A stretch of DNA of 61,642 nucleotides, counting the filler, from Diploschistes diacapsis (Eukaryota): NCBI GenBank assembly GCA_023645945.1. It is 14 parts of 14 records of this genome, joined end to end, with 100 filler letters (N's around TTAATTAATTAA, not from the genome) between each part and the next. Parts side by side here need not be neighbours in the genome. Positions count along the whole stretch, not along the records: positions 1 to 2,700 come from JALAIB010002107.1; positions 2,801 to 5,499 come from JALAIB010002108.1; positions 5,600 to 8,298 come from JALAIB010002109.1; positions 8,399 to 33,769 come from JALAIB010000211.1; 10 more parts are not named here. The stretch is one strand, 5' to 3'. This document shows, one piece after another, positions 1 through 10,728 of the stretch. Each line of letters begins with the position of its first letter. Within the stretch, counting starts at the first letter, position 1. The notes under the pieces are model-generated. The model made no database searches. It was not told the origin of the DNA and saw only the letters and a list, made by a program, of their open reading frames with translations. The position numbers and the translations under genes were made by a program.

Positions 1-169
1 GTTATCAGCAATTTGGTTCGTATATCATCTTGTTACTACCTTTTCCTGGATCTCTCAACCTTTCCTTCCCCCCCCCCCTCCCCCTTCTGATTGGTCCTTG
101 TATATATGTCGGATATGTCCGGATGTACTTTCAAACTGGGACAAACCAAACTAACAGCGCAATCACTAG

Positions 170-1875
170 GCCCGCCCCTTCCCAATAGCCTCCGCCTGGT
201 CCTCCATCCTGCAACTAGAATTCGCGTGCCAAGGCGAAATGGAATCCCGCGTCGGCATCGAAACGACCCTCTTCGGCGGTCCGCCCGAGCTCGGCAATCT
301 CACCAAACTTGCCAACAGCCAGATCGGGTTCATGAACATCTTCGCCCACCCGCTCTTCGAGGCCGTCGCTGACATTCTACCGTCCATGACGTTCGCGGGC
401 GAGGAGATCACGGCGAACAAGAGCATCTGGCAGGAGAAGATCGAGGAGGAGAAGTATCGCGAGGAGGAGCGGGCGGATGCGGAGAGGTATTCGAGCGAGG
501 GCTTCCACTCGCCTCGGAGCGGCAGCCCGGATCAGTTGTTCTTCGCAAACACGGACAGCAACGCAATCAATGCCGCGCCAGAACTATCGTCGCACCCAGA
601 GGGCCTGCCGGCTACGGGCTCGAGCCCCACGGCGCCGCCCCCGCCGCCGATGAGCACGTCGCAGGGCACGCTGGACCCGACGCCGCAGCACTCGGCTGCT
701 GCGACGACGCCGAATAACGGCGCCGGCGCGTTTTCGTCTGGGGTTTCGTCTAGTCATGCGTCGCAGCAGGGCTTAGCGTCGGCGCCGGGTGCTACTACCA
801 CTGTACGTTTGGAGAATGCACAAGCTTCGTCACATACAAGAGAAGAGAATAGCTAACGCTGTCTCAGACTCCATCCTATAACTCGTCTCTCTCGTCCGAC
901 CCATCCTCCACCTCCTCCCGCTCCCCTCTCTTCCACGCCTCGAGCCCAGCCTCCTCCCACCAAGCCTTCTTCATGCGAGCCACAACAGCAACAACAACAA
1001 CCCCAAATGCCTTCCGCCCGTCAGCCCAAGCGTCCGCCACCGACCCTCCATCCTTCTCGCCATCCCAGTCCCAACATCAGTCTCAATCCCAACCCCAATA
1101 TAACCCCCACTCAACCCGCAGCTACAGCGGCAACTTCTCGCGCCCCATGTCCACGTCCCACTCGCACCGCCACAGCGCCAACACTTCGTTCGCGGGGCGC
1201 TCGTCCGCGCCCTCGGGTGCGGCCAGTACGTCCGGCGCGCCCAGCACGTCCTTCCTCCCGACTTCGCCGACGGGCACGCAGGCGACGAGCCTGTTCGAGA
1301 ACGCGAGCGCGAGCGATGGCGCGGTGGACGCGGACGTGGACGCGGACGAGCTCGAGGATGGCCAGAGCGGAGATGGGACAGGGCCTGGGATTGGGGATGG
1401 AAGGCAGAGAAGTGGAAGCGACGGGAGCGACGGGAGTAGCGCGCCGGACCAGTCGCATAAGAATTCGGACGCTACCGGTGGTAGCGGGAGTGTGATTGGG
1501 GGTGTGAATGTGGCGGCTTTTGGGGGGAATAGGAGGATAGCGAGGGGTATAGGCAGGGATATTGGTGTGGGCGTGGGCGATGGGAAGGGGTTGAATGGGC
1601 ATGTTGTTGGCCCGGTCCCCGTTCCCGTGCCTGGCTCCGGCGGTAGCGGAGGCGGAGGTATTGGTCCCGGGAGGAGGGGACACAGCGGGGAACGCGCCAG
1701 CCATGGGACTGGTATGGGTTCCAGCGCGAACGGAAATGGGAACGGGAATGTACACGCAAATGCAAATGCGGGCAGCGGCACGCTGGGTCACAGAGAGGTG
1801 CGGAGGAAGAGCAGCCGGTTCCGGTTCGATTTCTGGAAAAAGAAGAGGAGTGGAGGGGGGGAGGTCAGTCCTTGA
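170..1875 (+). CDS. PDE2: High-affinity cAMP phosphodiesterase, 3' part (exons 170-802, 868-1875)
   Basis: After CTAAC..TAG acceptor at 169 the frame reads ARPFPIASAWSSILQLEFACQGEME...LANSQIGFMNIFAHPLF, the end of a class I PDE catalytic domain. GTACGT..GCTAAC..CAG intron 803-867 joins in frame to ORF 973-1875 (low-complexity tail). 5' end lies outside the window. Confidence 0.85.
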
Positions 1876-2700
1876 GTTCGAACGGGCGAGCGGACGAAGG
1901 AACGAATGACCTTCGCGATATTCAACCATGGAGAAGAGAGGAGAGAGCGGTGCGGAAGCTTGCCGCCGTAGGAAAGGGTCAAGGAGATGGGTGCACAATC
2001 GATGAATACTTGACGCCAGGAGGACTGAGGGATGATCATGTGGATGAGGATGAGGGAAGAGAGAGAAGAACAAGGGAAGGCATGACAGGGCAAAAGCAGC
2101 GAGGGAAACGTGAGAGCCAGGAAACAGGCATCTCCTGCTCCAAGCCTATCCTGCTCGCCTCTTCTCCTCTCCCGCTCATCTCTGTCGGCTCTCCCGATCT
2201 ACCTACCTACCTACCTCTTCTCCACTAGCGCGCCCTCATGGGGTCCGGGATAGTCGCCCTTTTGCTTTTGCTCCCGCTTTGGCCCCAAACTCGGCTTGGC
2301 TTAGGCCGTGGCTGCTGCGGGAAACATGGCCTTGTGTACGAGAGGCCGAACCGGAACCGGAACCGGAACGATCTATCATATTGGATAGATGCATGGATAG
2401 ATGGATGAACGAAGAAGCAAAGGAAGCAAAGAAAGAAGGATAAACGATACCCCCGTTCTTATTTCCTTCTATGTTTGGTGCTTAATGTGTTTTTTTTAGC
2501 TGTCAGTCTTATTCCTTTTTCTTGTTGGCTTTCTTGCATCGCTTTTGGGTGGCGTTTGGGGCTGGTGGCCGGCTACTAATGGGTTGATGGATCGAGCTTA
2601 AAACTTGAGAATTGCCGTTAGCGGAAGAGAGTGCGATGGGAGTACCCACGGAGCGTGCTAGGGGGGAAGGGCGGGAGTTCGGGAGGGTTGGGTTCAGGGT

Positions 2701-2800
2701 NNNNNNNNNNNNNNNNNNNNNNNNNNNNNNNNNNNNNNNNNNNNTTAATTAATTAANNNNNNNNNNNNNNNNNNNNNNNNNNNNNNNNNNNNNNNNNNNN
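2701..2800. other. Artificial contig linker (N run-TTAATTAATTAA-N run, 100 bp), first of 13
   Basis: Same six-frame stop spacer at 2701, 5500, 8299, 33770, 36567, 39362, 42156, 44949, 47741, 50528, 53311, 56091, 58871. Confidence 0.99.
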
Positions 2801-3365
2801 TTAATAATTTTATAAATTTTAATATTACCCGGTTAAGTTATTTTGAAATCCTTTATAGCTTTCGTTTATAAGAATCTCTAGATCTGATCGCTTTAAAATT
2901 ACAAATAGATCTATCCGAGTTAAAATTATTAGTTAACGATGGAATAGATATATATCTTATAATACGAAATTAAGTTATAATATAGAGACGAGTACCCGGG
3001 ATAGAAGTACGGATACTTGGAAGAGTAAAGGAGATATATATACTTCCGACAGAAGTACCTAGATTATATAAAAATGATCTTCTACGAGATATACCTATAA
3101 AATAGGATAGTCTAAATGATAAAAGGTATTTTCCGGAAAGAATATCAACGCTAGTACTTATATTTATTTTAGATACCGACCGACGGGATCAGATCCCTGG
3201 TAACGAGCCAACATTATATCCTAAAACTCGCGATATAACATTTATTTTATAGACCTGAAATGCACGATTACGAGAATAATAATACCGACGTCGTGAAATT
3301 ACTAAATTAATTAAATCACGTTTAGAGATAACCGACGTTAAAGACGTATTAATTATAATTAAAAT

Positions 3366-3649
3366 TAGGCTGGCCGTTCCGTGCCACGGTCATTAACACG
3401 GACACTACAGCAAAAAATTTCAAAATACGGACACTAACACGGACACTACAGCTAGAATTTTAAAACATGGACACTAACACGGACACTACACTATAGTAAA
3501 AACACGGACTCGGACACTACAATTAAAATTTTTAAAACACTGACACTAATACTGACACTGCACTTCCGTGAATCCACGGACACGGACACCGCAGCTAAAA
3601 AATCTAAAACACTGACACGGCCGTGTCAGTGTCTGTGACGGCCAGCCTA
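3366..3649. mobile_element. hAT-type MITE (284 bp)
   Basis: 12-bp TIR TAGGCTGGCCGT / ACGGCCAGCCTA; 8-bp TSD ATTAAAAT / ACTAAAAT (one C/T difference); internal ACACGGACACTA repeats. Removing it plus one TSD restores the host integrase frame. Confidence 0.85.
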
Positions 3650-4271
3650 ACTAAAATTATCATAAAGGAAACCTACGATAAACGTTATAAAGCCTATTTT
3701 ATAAAAGTTAAAGATTATGTTATGTTACGTCTATATCGAAGATATAACCTGTTTATAACGGTTAATGTCAAGCTTTCCGTTCAGCTTATTAGATTTTTTA
3801 AGATCCTGAAACTTATTGATAAATCAGGACATAGATTATAGCTATCCGATCATTATTATATTCACGATAGTATTAGTATCGTATATCTCGAGCCGATATT
3901 AAATCCCGTTAACGATCTTTACCGCCGTCGATCCTTACCGCCACTATCTATAACGATAAAAACCGACGAAAAGTTCGAAATAAAACGATTACTAATTAAC
4001 CGCCGCATACGCAAGAGACGCGGATAGAATATATAATATTTAATACGATAATTAAGATACGACGCCATCGATAATATATGGATCATAGAACGAAAGCTAT
4101 AAAAACATTCGGTAGACCGGATCTTTAAATTCGAAGCAAGACACGCCGGCGCTGTGGAAGCAGGACTACTAGAGGTATAAAACTAAAATTACGTCTACGA
4201 GATGGAAACAAGCTTGATAAATGAATAAAGATTGTTTTAAAGATAAAAAAAAGGAATAATACTAGGCATAT

Positions 4272-4766
4272 TGTTAAGATGTTTTAGAACGAATATCGAA
4301 AGTTTTACTCGCTTATTCGGTATCTATTTAAGACGTAGTTTATAAGGATATAAACATTTTTATATCGATAAATCTGTAGTAGCTTTACTAATTACTACTA
4401 GGCCCGTTTGTTCTTGCTGGGCCCGCTTGTTTTTACTATCGCCACTGTCGCTGATAACGACACGATACCGCCAGACATCCACACACCCGTGGCTATAAGA
4501 GCTCGCTGGCCCACTCTAGCTTTTAGGAATCTATCTTCACTTCCACCCATAAAATTGAGTCTATATGACAAAATCATCTGATTTCCCATCTAATAATCTA
4601 TAACTACTAGTAAGATGTTTGACTATAATTAATAAAATGTTCAACTATTGCCAGTAAAATGTTCAACAGTTATTAATAATGTGTCCTAAAGGGTTAGAGA
4701 ACCTTTAGAGTCCTATTAGTATTAACTAATCAAATAGACTAAACTATTTAGATTAATAATCTGACA
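4272..4766 (+). repeat. LTR family A (about 495 bp)
   Basis: Termini TGTTAAGAT...ATCTGACA; its 3' end recurs in reverse orientation at 5645-5815 and 39223-39361. Confidence 0.7.
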
Positions 4767-5139
4767 TTTTTTAATATTATTCACAGAATTTTCGATAGTA
4801 TTTTAATAGAACCTTCGGGACCCATTAATTGTTTTGGTCAAATAGATTCAGCTATTTAAATTATTATTGGACAATCCTAAGACGGCTATTCCCATCTTAA
4901 TATTCAGCAATCAACAGACAAGATCTTCGTATAAGGAATTATGTGTATATGGACACAATATTTTTGAGAAAAAAATGTATCACTTGATATCTATGCTTAT
5001 GTGTGGCTGATGTTTTTCCTAAAACCTAAGAAGTTTTCACGGCAATAATTGAACATAAAGTCATTAAGTTATTCAGCTTCAATAATAAAGGGAATCATTG
5101 GATCATGAACCTATCATTAAAAATTTTTTATTGATAATA

Positions 5140-5499
5140 ACGTGTTTCACCACACAACGGAACATACCACTAAGTGGAACACAATCCCTGCACCTTCGTA
5201 AAGTGTATTCTTGACATTTCACCTTTCGTACGATAACATTCTCTTATTGTAAATACTTAAGAAGGCCGAATCGCTTTGGCATTACAGGCTTTATAATTTA
5301 AAAATGTAAATCCGTACGACAAGCTAGTAAACGATACGGAATTCTTTCAATAACGCTCCATCGTCGTCGAAATAGTAGAAAAATTTTTAAAAAATACGCC
5401 GTTACACGACAAAAATTTACAGCTATAGAAGAAAAGTCGCTCGTATAATAGATTCTTTTAATAAATAAACGAGGATTCCCTGTACGAAAAGATATTATT
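5140..5499 (+). mobile_element. pogo/Fot1-like Tc1/mariner DNA transposon, 5' end, RIP-degenerate
   Basis: TA|ACGTGTTTCAC terminus with repeated GGAACA motif, followed by KCKSVRQASKRYGI and KFTAIEEKSLV**ILLINKRGFPVRK (HTH and CENP-B-like HTH of Fot1 transposases). Cut by linker. Confidence 0.75.
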
Positions 5500-5644
5500 N
5501 NNNNNNNNNNNNNNNNNNNNNNNNNNNNNNNNNNNNNNNNNNNTTAATTAATTAANNNNNNNNNNNNNNNNNNNNNNNNNNNNNNNNNNNNNNNNNNNNA
5601 ATATATTATTAAAAATTTTAAACCTATAAACAGTCATTAATATC

Positions 5645-5815
5645 TGTCAAATTATTAATCTAAATGGGCTAGTCTATCTGATTAGTTAACACTAGTAGGA
5701 CCCTGAAGGTTCTTTAACCCTTCAGGACACGCTATTAACAACTGTTGAACATCCTACTAACTATAGTCAAACATCCTACTAGTAGTTATGGACTACTAGG
5801 TGGGATTGCAGATGG
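5645..5815 (-). repeat. LTR family A fragment
   Basis: Reverse complement of ~4580-4766; nearly identical to 39223-39361. Confidence 0.75.
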
Positions 5816-5994
5816 TTTAGATCATTAGATCATTAATCCAAGTATTGGATTAATAATCTAATAATACTAGGACCATGGATACGAGATATGGGGAAATTAG
5901 ATCCAATATTATGTTGGATTATGGGGCGCATGATGTTAGATTATAAATCCAACATTATCGGAGATTAAATGTATATTAATCATTAGACGTTAGT

Positions 5995-6158
5995 TAGGTG
6001 AAATGTGTCTATGAAAGACCTCTCACCTCCCGTCTTTACTAACGCTATCTTCATCTTCATTCATTACCTCCTACAATAGTAATACATTACTATTGTACTC
6101 AGCATTATTTCCCTAGTCATTACTTGCCTATTTAGTAACCCCACTTCCACTTTCAACA
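5995..6158 (+). repeat. LTR family B, 3' part
   Basis: GTGAAATGTG(T/C)CTAT(G/A)AAAG..CCTCTCACC ... CCACTTTCAACA shared with 36902-37094; ends in CA. Left boundary uncertain. Confidence 0.6.
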
Positions 6159-6289
6159 TTATGAAATTAATAGACAAAGCAAACAACCGCGTAAATAATA
6201 GATAATACTTTATTATAATTATAGGCTTTTAGGGTCTTCTAATACCTATCCTTTTTATTATATTACCCATTCATTCCCGCTTTCTTCCT

Positions 6290-8298
6290 CCTTTTCCTCC
6301 CTAGATTCCATATCCTTTAAGCTGAGGTCTAGATCATCCTCTTTTTTTTTATCTTCTTTCTCTTCTTCTTCTTTTTCTTCCTCGTCCGGAAGAGGCGCAA
6401 ACCTCTTTATTTCCTAATAGTCTATCTTTTCTTCTATCATCGTTCCGAAGAAGTTCTTTTCTATAGGATTATAAAGCTCCTATTCTGCTGACCGAATTGC
6501 AAAGAAATGTTATTTTAACGCTAAGGTTGCCTTTACGATCCATTCTCGGAAGTAAATATCCTTAATTTCTGGCCGGAAAATCTTTACTTGTTCTTTTATA
6601 ATAATAAGATTCGTTTATTTTTTTTTATCAGCGCGTCCGAGATTGTTTTGAGCCCGGTAATCTAAATTACTATTTTAAAGAAATACGGCACGCTTTTATA
6701 TACATTATGTAGTTCGGATGGCAACGAGAATCTAGATATAAAATCTTTATGCGTAATAGATAGTTGTTTTCACGTATCGGTACCGGTAATGTTCAAGATT
6801 TAATGATTCGTTTATATTTTTACGTATTATGGTAGTATTGTTTTATGGATATGTTTAGTAGTTATGGTTTCGTGAGGTAATTTAGGCTTTAATATGCGTA
6901 CGTTTCTTTTTAAGTAGGGTTATATTATGAATTTTAAACCGTTCTGCTTTTTATTTTGCGAGATTTATATCTTTTTGTCGATTGTATGTATCGGTTCGTC
7001 TTTTAGTATTAATTTATTTTTTTGTCGAGACTGTAGTACCTTCTATTATTTTTAAATCTTTCTATATATCCTAAAAAGTAATTCCGTGTAGTCGTTTATT
7101 GCTTCATTATTAAGGTTAATAGATTTTCGGATAATATTGCGCCCGATATTATTCTTAATATATCTATATAAGTTAATGTTAATGTGACGAAAACCAGTCT
7201 TGTTTTTAGGAGATTAAGCCTTCGTATAATAGGGGTAGTTTATTAGTTATAGGTTATGGTCAGGACGTAAGGTAACGTATAACAAGTAATAAAGTGAATA
7301 TTGTCGTATGATTTGTTGGATTTTATTATGGTATATCATTCGATATTAGTTTAGATTAGATTAATTATCTTATTCTTTTAGGTGTTATTGGTATATCGTA
7401 AATTCCTGTTTTATAACATCGGTTAAGGACAGATTTTTAAAGGGGCCCGAGGTGTCTGCTCTCGATTTAAAGATTTAATCAATGATGCCATTAATAACGA
7501 TATTTTCGTCTACATTTTAGTTCTATTGTGTTTTAAGGTTCAAGCTAGTTTCATTTAATTTAATAATAAAGTATTTTAATATTTTATTATGATTAAACGT
7601 TTGTATCTATAAAACTCAATTCAAGAATCTATAAATATCGAGTTTATCTAAAGGTCTGATTAATCGGCTATCCTTTTGAAATAATAGATAAATATTTTTA
7701 CCGATTTTGAATTCGTCGAGTTTCTTTTTATTCTTGCATACCAGAATTAGTTTCTCTATTAAAACTATTTTATCTTTCTTACGATTCTTTAGGCCAAGCG
7801 TTTCGCATAGTATGCGTAAATATAAAAAATAAATGTTTTTGTTATATTTAATAAATAAAAATTTATTCCAAAAAATAAAGATTGAGAAAGAAGACAGATT
7901 TTTAATAATGATGATCTTGTATAGTCTATTCTCGACCCGATAATTATAATTCTATATCTTTCTAGTAGCGAGTGCTATCTTTCTTGCTTTTATGACAATA
8001 GGTCTTAAAGGCATGATAGAAGGTGGAAGATTATTAAAAACGAATGCGAGCCTATCCTGATTATAGGACCTTAAGGTCCCTTATTCTGCGTCGATGTCTA
8101 TGAAATTAAAAGATCCGGCGCTTTCACTAGCCATTAATGAAGCCTCTGGTAGAGAGAGCTGCTTATCTGTAATTAATCCTTGTTCTTCTCTTGTTTCTGT
8201 TAATAGAGCGAGGTTAATAGGAATAACCGAGTCCGATATAATAATTAATTTAATACGCCGTAAATCGGTATTTGAATACGCTAATTTATTCATTATAA
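6290..8298 (-). pseudogene. RIP-inactivated gene for a putative 2OG-Fe(II) dioxygenase-like protein in repeat DNA
   Basis: One frame from 8293 to ~6620 with scattered in-frame stops but no frameshift: LRPDHNL*LINYPYYTKA...GFRHININ (H-x-D with GAC>AAC at 7180-7178)...RNIIRKSINLNNE...NVRILKPKLPHE (His 6874-6872)...KTILP*Y; continues past an A-run to an acidic tail. Confidence 0.65.
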
Positions 8299-8398
8299 NN
8301 NNNNNNNNNNNNNNNNNNNNNNNNNNNNNNNNNNNNNNNNNNTTAATTAATTAANNNNNNNNNNNNNNNNNNNNNNNNNNNNNNNNNNNNNNNNNNNN

Positions 8399-10229
8399 CC
8401 AACACTCCCCTCCCGCCCCCCGGCCCCTCACGGGTACAAAGCTCCCGATACGTATCCCACACCTTCCTAACCTCGACGCCCATCGCGCTCGTCGCAAACG
8501 TGCTCTTCGACGGCGTCCCCAGCGCCAGCTCCCTAAGGCGCGCCGTGTTGCGCTTCTCCAGCGCGACGAGGGCGCACAGCGCGGCTTTCTGCTGGAGCGT
8601 CAGCGCCTTGAGCCGCGAGGAGGTGCCGTTACCGAAGATTGAGGATGCGATGGCGGCGACGTCGGCGATTGTGGCGCGCGGATGCGAGGAGAGGGTGAGG
8701 TGTGCGAGCAGGTCGTGGTGCTTGTTGGGAGTGGCTGGGGGGATGTTGGTGCAGGGTAGATTCGAGGTTGACGGTTGGAGCTTGGATGATGGAGAGGAGA
8801 GGTTTGGGTTTGGGGCCAGCGGCGAGGAAAAGGGTGGTGTTGGCGGTGCTCCCAATCCAATGGCGGAATGGCGGGCTTTGGTTTCGATTAGGTCGATGGT
8901 GCCGCGGACGATGTCGAAGGCTTTGCGCAGGTCGCCGGTTTGCGCGGTTACTTTGCGGGCGAGGAGCTTGATGGCTCCTGGGCGAAGGAAGGGGAGGTCG
9001 GCTGTTGGTGAGGAGCCAGCGGGCAGGAGAGAGCGGAGTTTGGCGGTGACGACGGAGTCGATTTCTGCGATGGTGTATGGCGCGAAGGGTAGTAGTTGGG
9101 GTTTCAGGGAACGCGCTTTGAGGCGCGGCAAGAAGCGGTCTGTCAGATCGAGGGCGTTGGCGATGCCGATGAGGATGAGTTTGGAGGAAGGGTTCAGAGC
9201 CCATTCAAAAAGCGTGTAGAGACAGGAGAGGTCGAAGGTTAGGAGGTGGTCGATTTCGTCAAGGGTAATAATGTAGACTTTCGAGTCTTCGTCCTCTGAG
9301 AAAAATCGTTCGCGCAGGGCGTTTGCAGCTGCTCCAGATCCGGTAGGAGCTTCACCGCATACATCGATCGCTACTCGGTCATAGATTTCTCGCGTGCTGT
9401 TGATGCTCATGCAATTGATGTACGATGCTTGAGTGCCGTCGGTCTCAGAGAATTGGCGGCAGAGTTCGCCGACAAAAGCACTCTTTCCGGTTCCAGGCGG
9501 ACCGCTCACATAGAGGCATCGTCCAGACTTCGCAGTCACACCGCCTTGTAAGAATTCGTTGAGCTGAGCTCGCTCCTTTTCGCGACCGATCAATTGGCTT
9601 GTGGAGGTGCTTCGTGCGAACAATTGTCGTGCACAGTTGTAGATACTGTTCGAGCTTCGGGGTGTTCCAGGCGTCCGCGGTGTTCTTGGAAGCCTCGCAG
9701 CAGCTTGGACGCGAGATTTCGGCGTGCTTGCCGGGGTGGTCGGTTTCACGAACTGGGCAAAGAAGTCTTTCTGGCGTGGAGTGGAGGGTGTTTTCAGCAG
9801 CTCTCTTTCTAACGATACTAAAGACACAATTAGAGAACCTCTAGATGCTTGAAGTGAAAGACAAACCCGAGTGCTTAGGAATCTTGGTTTGGCCATTGGC
9901 CTTGGTCGGCGACAATGCAGCGCGCTTTGCTTCGCCATGTTTCGCTTGAATCAACTCGACTTTCGTTGAAACTTTTGAAGGCGCACATGCTTCTGCGAGC
10001 TCATCAACAGATGAGGATTGCTCGCATTCATCTGCATCTGGCAAGATTGCTGGGTCCGCATTCTCGTCGTTGTCTGCAGAGAGTAATGCCCTCCGTTTCC
10101 GCGTGACAATGGAAGAATCAGGAAGTTCTGTTGCGAATGGTTAATCTGTGTTTCTCAGGGTGATGACATTGGGAGTCGTTGCTTCTTACCCGACGCTTTC
10201 CGTTTGCCCAGGACGCTGGTTCTTGCCAT
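8399..10229 (-). CDS. CDC6: Cdc6/Cdc18 replication licensing AAA+ ATPase (3'-truncated by gap)
   Basis: LIGREKE, Walker A LYVSGPPGTGKS, Walker B ITLDEIDHL, IGIANALDLTDRFLP, TGDLRKAFD. ATG 10229 (MARTSVLGKRK); predicted introns 10128-10189 and 9818-9866. Confidence 0.95.
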
Positions 10230-10728
10230 GTTGCTGCTCTTGCAATTCGATTCTGGTGAGTTGTTGCTGCTTTTGAGATGTGGAATCGAGGTGAACGTGG
10301 GTGGGTGGGAAGGTGCAAGGGGTCGCGTCGCGCTAGGCTTGTACCCTTGTACGCGCTGTCCTCTACACGATTCTACACGACTCATGAACGCGCCCGAGCT
10401 AGGAGCTAGCGTGTAGAGATCCAGCCAACCACAGAAATCACATAGTTGCATTTCTTGTGCATTTCACAATTCCTGTAATTTATCGCTTGCACAATTGTAC
10501 TGTACAGTTTTGCATAACCCTCCTTCGCGATTTGTATCAGCACAGTGTTTGGTAGATAATAACACCGTTCTGGTCAAAAGCTTTGATTCATACAGAGCAA
10601 ATCCAATATCATGCCTAAAAGTGCATACGCTTCCAGTTACTGCAGGCTTGTCCACCCCGACTTATGCCAGGATCCCATTCACGCCTAGCAACGTGTCACC
10701 TCACGAGTATTTAGTGTACAAAATTCGT

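Larger units (their letters stand above)
2801..4766 (+). mobile_element. RIP-degenerate Ty3/Gypsy chromovirus 3' end (integrase C-terminus, chromodomain, 3' LTR)
   Basis: Stop-riddled frame YDKRYKAYFIKVKDYVMLRL...KLSVQLIRFFKILK (GPY/F region), then EKFEIKRLLINRRIRKRRG...YLIR*LRYDAIDNIW (chromodomain, ~3965-4090), a purine tract near 4240-4258 and an LTR at 4272-4766. Confidence 0.8.

Noticed and set aside
1007..2073. Long overlapping and antisense ORFs over the PDE2 tail (also over CDC6, CET1, AIM11)
   Set aside because: Shadow ORFs expected in GC-rich coding DNA; no independent motifs.
2745..2756. Regularly spaced TTAATTAATTAA repeats (~2.8 kb period) resembling an array
   Set aside because: Synthetic linker inside N runs; the period reflects contig size sorting.
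3396..3632. Repeat-spacer-like ACACGGACACTA pattern suggesting CRISPR
   Set aside because: Eukaryotic DNA, irregular spacing, related spacers, enclosed by TIRs and a TSD: MITE subterminal repeats.
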